Source of the DNA: Candidatus Omnitrophota bacterium
GTDB taxonomy: Bacteria > Omnitrophota > Omnitrophia > Omnitrophales > Aquincolibacteriaceae
Assembly (NCBI GenBank): GCA_903820505.1
Contig: CAIJHQ010000045.1
Coordinates: 79,625 to 143,624 of the forward strand
DNA: 64,000 nucleotides
Direction: 5' to 3'
Of this stretch, positions 29,332 to 37,600 are shown one piece after another. Positions within the stretch are counted from its first letter, which is position 1; the number at the start of each line of letters is the position of its first letter. The position numbers and the translations under genes are program-made. A model generated the notes under the pieces. That model made no database searches. It was not told the DNA's origin and worked only from the letters and a program-made list of their open reading frames with translations.

Positions 29332-30438
29332 TTACGAAACCGCGATGCCCGTTTGAGGATCGAAGAAAAGCGCCTTGCTCATGTCGAACACTACCTGAAG
29401 ATCCTGGTTCATAGCCGCCGTATCCTGGTTGGAAACGCGCACGACAAAATTATTAGTCCCGGAAGTGAGATAAAGATAGATCTCCGAGCCCATCGGCTCC
29501 ACCACATCGACCGTGGCCGTAATAGTGAACTCCGGGCGTGCGTCCTGCGCGAAAATTTTGTCGTAAATATCTTCGGGACGTATACCCATCGTTACTGTCT
29601 GTCCCTTATATTGAGCGACCCGCGAATAAAAATGCGGGAGGATACGGAGTTTGAAATTGCGCTCCACAAAAAAATAATCCCCGTCTTCGGCAAGGATCGT
29701 CCCTTTAAGGAAATTCATCGCCGGTGAACCTATGAAACCGGCAACGAACTTGTTCTGCGGCCGCTCATAAAGGTTCACGGGGTCCGCGACCTGCTGGACC
29801 ACCCCCTTATGCATGACCACGATACGGTCCCCCAGGGTCAAGGCCTCGACCTGGTCGTGCGTCACGTAGATCATGGTCGATTGGAGGCGGTTGTGGAGCT
29901 TCTGGAGCTCCATGCGCATTTGAACGCGCAATTTGGCGTCAAGATTGCTCAGAGGTTCGTCAAAAAGAAATACTTTGGGTTTACGGACGATCGCGCGGCC
30001 GACCGCGACACGCTGCCGCTCCCCGCCCGACAATTCCTTCGGGCGCCGTTTGAGCATCTCATGGGTCAATCCCAGGATATCCGCGGCCTCATGCACGCGC
30101 CGCTCGATCTCCTTGTGGGGATAACGCCGCAGTTTCAATCCGAAGGCGAGGTTCTCATAGACCGTCATATGCGGATAAAGAGCGTAATTCTGGAACACCA
30201 TCGCGATATCACGGTTTTTGGCGGGAACATCATTGACAAGAACGTCCTCGATATAGATCTCCCCCTCGGAGATACCCTCGAGACCGGCGATCATACGCAA
30301 CGTGGTGGATTTACCGCAACCCGACGGGCCGACCAGCACCATGAATTCGCGGTCCTGGATCTCAAGGCTGACATTGTTAACGGCGCGAATACCCTCCTTG
30401 AAGGTCTTCGAAAGGTTCCGCAGCGAAACTTTGGCCAC
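29332..30438 (-). CDS. Sugar ABC transporter ATP-binding protein (MalK/UgpC/MsmX-type), no cognate permease nearby
   Basis: GPSGCGKS, VFQNYALYPH, LSGGERQR, DEPLSNLD, YVTHDQ, TOBE domain. Confidence 0.93.
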   Translation of the reverse strand: MAKVSLRNLSKTFKEGIRAVNNVSLEIQDREFMVLVGPSGCGKSTTLRMIAGLEGISEGEIYIEDVLVNDVPAKNRDIAMVFQNYALYPHMTVYENLAFGLKLRRYPHKEIERRVHEAADILGLTHEMLKRRPKELSGGERQRVAVGRAIVRKPKVFLFDEPLSNLDAKLRVQMRMELQKLHNRLQSTMIYVTHDQVEALTLGDRIVVMHKGVVQQVADPVNLYERPQNKFVAGFIGSPAMNFLKGTILAEDGDYFFVERNFKLRILPHFYSRVAQYKGQTVTMGIRPEDIYDKIFAQDARPEFTITATVDVVEPMGSEIYLYLTSGTNNFVVRVSNQDTAAMNQDLQVVFDMSKALFFDPQTGIAVS

Positions 30439-30534
30439 TCAATTTCTCCTTGGCTGAGGACCGCAATGATCCTCGATAACGAAATTAACGGCTTATCAGC
30501 AGTGCCCTGACCGCCCTCCGGTAAAGGATCGTGA

Positions 30535-31371
30535 TCAGGAAAGGTATTCCAGCAAAAGCCCGAGCTTTTGCTTCAGTTCGCTCCGGGCGATCACCATATC
30601 AACGAGCCCGTGATCGAGCAAAAATTCCGAGGTTTGAAAATCCTTCGGAAGTTTCTGGCGGATCGTCTGTTCGATCACGCGGGGGCCCGCAAAACCCAGG
30701 AGGGCCCGCGGTTCGGCGATGATCAGGTCCCCCAGCGACGCGAAACTGGCCATCACGCCGCCCATGGTAGGATTAGTCAGCACGGAAATAAAGGACTTTC
30801 TTTCCTTTTGATAGCGATTGAGCGCGAGCGAGGTTTTGGCCATCTGCATCAAGCTTAGCGCGCCTTCGTACATCCGCGCTCCGCCTCCGGAACCGGATAC
30901 GACGATGAGAGACAGTTTATGTTCCAGGGCGTGTTCGATCAGCCGCGTGATCTTTTCTCCCACCACCGAACCCATAGAACCCATGATGAAACGGGAATCC
31001 GTTACGCCCAAAGCGCAGCTCTTGCCGTGAATCTTCGCCTCCCCGGTCACACACGCTTCCTTGAGCCCCGTTTTTTTCTGGTCCTGCTTGATCTTGTCCG
31101 TGTAAGCCTTAACGGCCGTGAATTTGAGAGGATCTTCCGAATGGAGGTTTGGATCTATTTCTTTGAAGGAATTTTCGTCGGCGAGATGGCGGATGCGCTC
31201 CCAAGCTCCCATGATAAAGTGGTACGAACACTTCGCGCAAACCAGCAAATTCTCTCTGAGGGTTTTGTTGAAAATGACCGTCTGACAGCTCGGGCACTTT
31301 GTCCAGAGACCGGCCGGAATGCTTTTCTTCCTCAGTCCCTTGGTTACAAGAAGTGCCGGCGCGTGCGTCAT
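30535..31371 (-). CDS. accD: Acetyl-CoA carboxylase carboxyltransferase beta subunit
   Basis: LWTKCPSC...CAKC zinc finger, GSMGSVVGEK, GGARMYEG, GFAGPRVIEQT. Start moved to ATG 31371, after GAGAGGA. Confidence 0.93.
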   Translation of the reverse strand: MTHAPALLVTKGLRKKSIPAGLWTKCPSCQTVIFNKTLRENLLVCAKCSYHFIMGAWERIRHLADENSFKEIDPNLHSEDPLKFTAVKAYTDKIKQDQKKTGLKEACVTGEAKIHGKSCALGVTDSRFIMGSMGSVVGEKITRLIEHALEHKLSLIVVSGSGGGARMYEGALSLMQMAKTSLALNRYQKERKSFISVLTNPTMGGVMASFASLGDLIIAEPRALLGFAGPRVIEQTIRQKLPKDFQTSEFLLDHGLVDMVIARSELKQKLGLLLEYLS

Positions 31372-31423
31372 ATGGATAGACGTCCTCTCAAAGGTTGCTG
31401 ATAGGGCTCTACGCCCGTCGTAC

Positions 31424-31517
31424 AAAAAAACCACGAGAGAGCGCTGTTCCCATATCCCTTCCCGTGGCAAGGACCCACTTCGCTTGAGCTCCCCAGTAGC
31501 CGGACGAGTCAAGGTGG
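31424..31517 (-). promoter_or_regulatory. Structured 5' leader with intrinsic terminator (attenuator/riboswitch candidate or short sRNA)
   Basis: Hairpin CTTGA...TCAAG, then GTGG-N7-CCAC, which competes with terminator CCACGGGA...TCTCGTGG followed by T7. Confidence 0.5.
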
Positions 31518-31521
31518 AACC

Positions 31522-31549
31522 ATTATAAAAAATTAGGAAGCTGTGTCAA
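31522..31549 (-). promoter_or_regulatory. Consensus sigma70 promoter upstream of accD
   Basis: TTGACA-N16-TATAAT; both hexamers are perfect. Confidence 0.75.
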
Positions 31550-31585
31550 TTTCTTTCTTCCCCGTAAGTCCAGAAATCTGCTGGC

Positions 31586-31614
31586 TTTACAACTTTTTTT
31601 TTGCGTGATATGTT
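31586..31614 (+). promoter_or_regulatory. Putative sigma70 promoter of rpoN (leaderless)
   Basis: TTTACA-N17-TATGTT with extended TG; ATG 6 nt later; no SD; T9 run in the spacer. Confidence 0.5.
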
Positions 31615-31620
31615 TGTTTC

Positions 31621-33042
31621 ATGGAACACGGCCTTCGACAATCCCAGACCCAAAAAATGGTTCTCTCCCCCCAGATGCGGGAGTATCTCCGTCTGCTCCA
31701 TCTTCCTATCGCCGAGCTTTGTCAGGCCGTCGAGGAGGCAGTAGAAACGAACCCCCTGCTAGAAGAAGTGTCCCGTCCCGCGGAGGAGACGCCCCCGGAA
31801 CCCGTTGGGGCTGAAACTTCCGACGAAGCGGAGGAAGATCCCGTTCCGGATAATTGGGCCGCCAAAGATCCGCTTGTTTTCACCAAAAACCCTCCGGACC
31901 TCTCGCGCCGCCGTGCCGCGGAGGTTCAAAAGATCAGGGATTTTCAGGAAACCCTGATCACACGGCCGGAAAGCCTTCTGGATTATCTCCAGTGGCAGGT
32001 CCACTTCCTGGAACTCGATGAAAAGCAAAAAGCGATCGCCGAGCAGATCATCGGAAACATCAACCACGACGGCTATCTGACCGCTTCCCCCGAGGAAGTA
32101 GCGACCGCCGCGGCAGCATCACCGGACCAGGTCCTGGAGATCCTTCAAAAGATCCAACAGCTGGATCCTCCCGGGATCGGCGCACGGAACTTGCGCGAGG
32201 CCCTTCTGATCCAGTTGGAAAGAAAAGGCCCGGAGGCCGCCCTGGCAAAGGAGATCGTCCGTGATCATCTGGACCTCCTGAGCAAAAGGGACCTCAGGAT
32301 GCTCGGCAAGATCTTCAACGCAAGCGAGCCGGATATCAAGAAAGCGGCGGAACAGATCTCCCGGCTGGAGCCCAAGCCGGGCCGCAGCTTTTATGTGGAG
32401 GAAACCCTCGCGATCACTCCCGACGCCACGGTCGCGATCAAGGACGGCACCGAGAACGACCTTGAGATCGAGGTCCATAATGAGATGATCCCCGAACTCC
32501 GCATCAACCCGGAGTACCGCGGAATGATCCGCGATAAAGACATCGACCCAAAAACCAAAGAGTTCCTCTCGACCCGTCTGACGAACGGCCTGGAATTCCT
32601 GAAAGCCCTGGAGCTCCGGAAATCGACCCTGCGGGCGATCACCGAAGAACTCGTCCGCGCCCAGCCTCTTTTCTTCACACGCGGGTTCGCGCACCTTCGC
32701 CCGCTGCGTCTTAAAGATATCGCGGAACGGCTGAACCTTCATGAATCCACGATCAGCCGCGCGATCCACGGAAAGTATCTCAAGACCCCGCAAGGAACAA
32801 TTCCCTATAAAAGTTTTTTTTCGCAAAAGGTGGAAACGGCCGACGGCGAGGGCGAATCACAAAAAAGCATCACGGAGCGGATCCGGAACCTGATCGAAAA
32901 AGAGGACCCGAAAAAACCTTCAAGCGATCAGGCTCTTGTCAGAATGCTCGAGGCGGAGGGGATCAGGATCGCCCGCCGCACGGTCGCAAAGTACCGGGAG
33001 CTTCTAAAGATCCTACCCACTCACTTGCGACGCCGACGTTAA
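31621..33042 (+). CDS. rpoN: RNA polymerase sigma-54 factor
   Basis: Q-rich region I, NPLLE, LDPPGIGAR, HESTISR, RpoN box ARRTVAKYRE. Confidence 0.97.
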   Translation: MEHGLRQSQTQKMVLSPQMREYLRLLHLPIAELCQAVEEAVETNPLLEEVSRPAEETPPEPVGAETSDEAEEDPVPDNWAAKDPLVFTKNPPDLSRRRAAEVQKIRDFQETLITRPESLLDYLQWQVHFLELDEKQKAIAEQIIGNINHDGYLTASPEEVATAAAASPDQVLEILQKIQQLDPPGIGARNLREALLIQLERKGPEAALAKEIVRDHLDLLSKRDLRMLGKIFNASEPDIKKAAEQISRLEPKPGRSFYVEETLAITPDATVAIKDGTENDLEIEVHNEMIPELRINPEYRGMIRDKDIDPKTKEFLSTRLTNGLEFLKALELRKSTLRAITEELVRAQPLFFTRGFAHLRPLRLKDIAERLNLHESTISRAIHGKYLKTPQGTIPYKSFFSQKVETADGEGESQKSITERIRNLIEKEDPKKPSSDQALVRMLEAEGIRIARRTVAKYRELLKILPTHLRRRR

Positions 33043-33091
33043 GGACCCGCGATCTGGACGACTGGTTTGGAAATGGCCCGGAGGAAAAGAA

Positions 33092-33164
<73 letters not shown>

Positions 33165-33182
33165 GTGTGACAGCGGACGGCG

Positions 33183-33191
33183 ATTATAACA
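33183..33191 (-). promoter_or_regulatory. Extended -10 promoter for tRNA-Thr
   Basis: TGTTATAAT 18 nt upstream of the tRNA 5' end. Confidence 0.55.
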
Positions 33192-33211
33192 AAACGTTAC
33201 GACAAATCGAG

Positions 33212-34642
33212 CTAAGACTTAAGGTAAGAATGGATCGCCTGCGCCACCTGCCGCCCCTGGCTGATCGCCCACACGACTAGAGAGGCCCCGCGCGCCGTAT
33301 CCCCCGCCGCGAAAACACCCGGAACCGAGCTCATGCCGTTCGCGTCCGTGGCGACATTGCCGCGCGCGTCATACTGCACGCCAAGGTCACCCAGGAATTT
33401 TGAATGTTCGACGTGAACGAATCCCATCGCCAGGAGCACCAGGTCTGCTTTCAAGGAAAACTCCGTGCCCGGTAATTCGGTCATCACGAACTGCCCGGTC
33501 TTCTGATCGGCCCGCCATTCCACGCGCTGGCAGTGGACTTCACGGACCCCGCCTTCCGGCCCGCCCGTGATCTTCTTCGTCGTGATCGCCCAATCGCGTT
33601 CGCAGCCCTCTTCGTGGGACGTCGAGGAACGAAGGATCTGCGGCCAATAGGGCCATGAGGGATTCCAGGGTTCGTTCCATTCCCTGGGCTTGGGCAGGAT
33701 CTCAAATTGATACACTTTTTTCGCACCCTGCCGGTTCGAAGTCCCGACACAATCCGAACCGGTGTCGCCGCCTCCGATCACCAGAACGGTCTTGTCCTTC
33801 GCTGAAATGATCCCGTCAGCTCCGATCTCGGCGGAAACCGCCTTGTTCGAAAGGGTCAAAAAATCCATCGCGAAATGAACGCCCTGGAGCTCACGGCCCG
33901 ACACCTTAAGATCCCGCGGCGCGCCGGCGCCCATGGTCAGCAAAATCACATCAAACTGCTTCCTGAGATCCGCGGCGGACACCGTTTCCCCGGCATCGAC
34001 TTTCGTTTCGAACCGGACGCCTTCGGCTTTCATTTGTTCGATGCGGCGGTCCAGCACCTTTTTCTCGAGTTTAAAATCCGGAATGCCGTAGCGGAGAATG
34101 CCTCCTATCTTGGGCGCCTTTTCAAAAAGAGTGACTTGATGCCCCAGACGGCGCAGTTGTTGCGCTGCGGCTAGTCCCGCCGGTCCCGAACCAATGATCG
34201 CGATCTTTTTGCCAGTTTCTCTGACCGGCTTTTGGGGCGTGACCCATCCTTCCGCAAAAGCTTTTTCGATGATCGCCAACTCGATCTGTTCGATGGTCAC
34301 TGGAGCCGCATTGATCGACAATGTGCAGGCCGTCTCGCAAGGGGCCGGACAGATCCGTCCGGTCAATTCGGGGAAATTATTCGTCATGGAAAGACGCTCG
34401 TACGCGTCTTTCCACTGACCGCGGTAGACCGCGTCATTCCACTCGGGGATCAAATTGTAAACGGGACATCCCATAGCGTGACAGAACGGAACGCCGCAAT
34501 CCATGCAGCGCGCGCCCTGCTTGTGGATCTCCTCCGTCAAAAGCGGTCCCGTGATCTCCCGATAGTCTTTGAGACGCTCGGAGACCGGGCGCTTCGGAGC
34601 GAGATCGCGTTGATATTCCAAAAATCCGTTGGATTTTCCCAT
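33212..34642 (-). CDS. gltD: Glutamate synthase small subunit
   Basis: ARCMDCGVPFC...GCP, GRICPAPCE, GSGPAG, GGGDTGSDC, GASLVVWAI. Confidence 0.97.
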   Translation of the reverse strand: MGKSNGFLEYQRDLAPKRPVSERLKDYREITGPLLTEEIHKQGARCMDCGVPFCHAMGCPVYNLIPEWNDAVYRGQWKDAYERLSMTNNFPELTGRICPAPCETACTLSINAAPVTIEQIELAIIEKAFAEGWVTPQKPVRETGKKIAIIGSGPAGLAAAQQLRRLGHQVTLFEKAPKIGGILRYGIPDFKLEKKVLDRRIEQMKAEGVRFETKVDAGETVSAADLRKQFDVILLTMGAGAPRDLKVSGRELQGVHFAMDFLTLSNKAVSAEIGADGIISAKDKTVLVIGGGDTGSDCVGTSNRQGAKKVYQFEILPKPREWNEPWNPSWPYWPQILRSSTSHEEGCERDWAITTKKITGGPEGGVREVHCQRVEWRADQKTGQFVMTELPGTEFSLKADLVLLAMGFVHVEHSKFLGDLGVQYDARGNVATDANGMSSVPGVFAAGDTARGASLVVWAISQGRQVAQAIHSYLKS

Positions 34643-37600
34643 TACGAAAAAACCTCCTCGGTCATGTCGGCGATCTCGGAAGTCCGGATCTGGCGTTCCT
34701 TCAGTTTGCTCAACGCCTTTTTGTAATCCATCGGCATGACCTTCACGAACCGGGGCAGCATTTCGTCCCAGCTTGCGAGAATGGCCGCCGCGTATTTGCT
34801 GCCGGTGAATTTAACGTGCCGCTCAATGCAGGTTTTGAGGAATTTCGCGCTTTCCGTGCCCACCACCGGTTCGATGTCCACCATTTCCAGATTACAACGT
34901 GTGTCAAAAAGCTGACTTTCATCGAGAACGTAAGCGATGCCACCGCTCATCCCGGCCGCGAAATTGACGCCCGTCTCCCCCAAAATGATTACCCGCCCGC
35001 CCGTCATGTATTCGCACCCGTGATCCCCCACTCCCTCGACGACCGCCAAAGCGCCGCTGTTCCTCACGCAGAACCGTTCTCCCGCGCGACCATGGATGTA
35101 AACCTCTCCGCCCGTCGCGCCGAACAAATTCACGTTGCCGGTAATGATGTTGTCCTGCGGCCTGAACGTCGCGGATCGCGGCGGGTACACGATGATCCGG
35201 CCGCCGGAAAGCCCCTTGCCGAAATAGTCATTCGCGTCGCCTTCGAGTTCAAACGTGATCCCGTGCGCCAAGAACGCTCCGAAGCTCTGCCCCGCCGAAC
35301 CTTCAAATTTAATGTGCAGGGTATCGTCCGGCAATCCCTGAAGGCCGTAGCGTTTCGCGACCTCGTAACTCAGGGTCGTCCCCACCGTGCGGTTAAAATT
35401 CCGGATCTTCTGCTCAAGAACAACGGGCTGCTTGAAATCGAGCGCGGCCTTCGCCTTTTTGATAAGGTCCGGATCCAGCGACAGCGAAAAATCGCGCTCT
35501 TGGCCCCTCACGCAGCGGAGAGAGCCTCCCGGCGGGACCTCGGGCTTCATGAGTACCCTGGAAAAATCGAGCCCCTTGGTCTTGTAATGTTCGATCGCGT
35601 CATTCACTTCAAGCAGGTCCACGCGTCCCACCATGTCCTCGAACTTCCTGAAACCCAGTTCCGCCATGAGTTCGCGGACTTCCTGCGCCACGAAGCGCAT
35701 GAAATTCATGAGGTGCTCGGGTTTTCCCGTGAACCGCTTCCGGAGCTCCGGGTCCTGCGTCGCTACCCCGACGGGACACGTATTTAAATGACACTTCCTC
35801 ATCATGACGCAGCCGAGCGCCACCACCGAGGTGGTACCAAAGCCGAATTCCTCCGCGCCGAGCAGCGCGCCGATGACCACGTCGCGGCCCGTCTTGAGTT
35901 GCCCGTCCGTCTGGACGCGGATCCGGTCGCGCAGTTTATTCATGACGAGCACCTGCTGGGTCTCGGCTAACCCGATCTCCCAGGGGGAACCGGCATATTT
36001 GATCGACGAAATGGGCGACGCCCCCGTCCCGCCGTCATGCCCGCTGATGAGCACCATGTCCGCCCTTCCCTTGGCGACCCCCGCGGCCACGGTCCCGACA
36101 CCGACCTCCGAAACCAGTTTCACCGAAATACGGGCCTCGGGATTGGCATTTTTGAGGTCAAAGATGAGCTGCGCCAGATCCTCGATGGAATAAATATCAT
36201 GGTGCGGCGGCGGAGAGATCAGCATCACCCCCGGGGTCGAATGACGGACCCTCGCGATCATCTCATCGACTTTATGACCGGGCAGTTGTCCTCCCTCACC
36301 GGGTTTGGCGCCCTGAGCCATTTTGATCTGGAGTTCGCGCGAGTGCGCCAGATAATTGATCGTCACGCCGAAACGCGCCGAAGCGACCTGTTTGATCATA
36401 CTTTTGCTGGAATCCCCGTTGGGCAACGGCTCATAACGGGCTTCATCCTCACCGCCTTCGCCCGAATTGCTCGCGGCACCCAGACGGTTCATCGCGATGG
36501 CAATGGTCTCGTGGGCCTCCTTGCTGATGGACCCGAACGACATCGCCGAGGAAACGAACCGTTTGAGTATCGAATCAACGGCCTCGACCTCCTCCAAAGG
36601 CACCGCCGGTTGCGAATTCTTGAATTTAAAGAGTCCCCGGAGAGTGCAAAGGTTCTTTGCGATGTCGTTGACGTCCCGGGAGTAGGCCTTGAAGGCCGGA
36701 TAGCTCTCCTCTCGGACCGCTTTCTGAAGATTGACGATCGCTTGCGGCGAGAACAGGTGCTTTTCGGAAAACAGACGGTAATGGTAATTGCCTCCCGGCC
36801 CGAGATTTTCAGCGCCCGGAGCAACATCTTCGAATGCCTTCGCGAAGCGTTCGCGCGCCTCTCTCTCGACAATATCGATCCCGATCCCTTTGATCCGGGA
36901 TGAGGTCCCCGGAAAATATTTTTCGATGAATCCGTCGTTCAATCCGACCGCTTCAAAGATCTGCGCCCCCCGGTAACTCCGGATCGTGGAGATCCCCATC
37001 TTGGACATTACTTTGAGCAATCCCTTTTTCATGGCCGTAATATAATTCTCGATCGCGCCCTCCGTGGTCAGGCCGGCCGACAAATGACCGCGCCGTTTAA
37101 GATCGGCCAGGGTCTCAAAGACAAGGTAAGGATTGATCGCGTTGATGCCATAAGCGATCAGACACGCAAAATGCTGCACTTCACGCGCCTCGCCGGTCTC
37201 CAGCACCAGACCCGCAAGATACCGCTTCCCCTTCCGGATCAAATGTTGATGGACGGCGGAAGCCGCGAGAAGCGCCGGGATCGGAACCTTGTCAGGCCCG
37301 ACGCCACGGTCGCTGAGGATCACCAGCGAATGCCCTTCATCAAGTTTCTTCTCAACCTGTTCGCAAAGGTCATGCACGGCCTTTTCCAGATTCCCTTCCC
37401 GCGGTTCGAAGACCATCGGCACGAGACCGACGCGAAAGCTGTCAAGGTTCGACACCTTCAGCCGCTCGATGTCGTCATTGGTCAGGACCGGATGCGACAG
37501 TTTGAGCTGATGACAGTGCCCCGGCGTTTCATCCAGAAGGTTCCCCTGCCGCCCCACAAAACTCATCAGGGACATCACCAGGTTCTCGCGATAGGGATCG

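Noticed and set aside
31372-31512. 47-codon N-terminal extension of AccD from TTG 31512
   Set aside because: It has no SD, starts within a few nt of the predicted TSS and crosses a terminator-like structure. ATG 31371 has an SD and gives a normal-length AccD.
31424-31520. 6S RNA, SRP RNA, TPP or ZTP riboswitch identity for the accD leader
   Set aside because: It is too short for 6S, has no SRP helix-8 motif, no CUGAGA for TPP and no ZTP pseudoknot elements. Kept only as an unassigned candidate.
31582-31604. Sigma-54 -24/-12 site (TGGC...TTGC) upstream of rpoN
   Set aside because: GG and GC are separated by 18 nt rather than the required 10.
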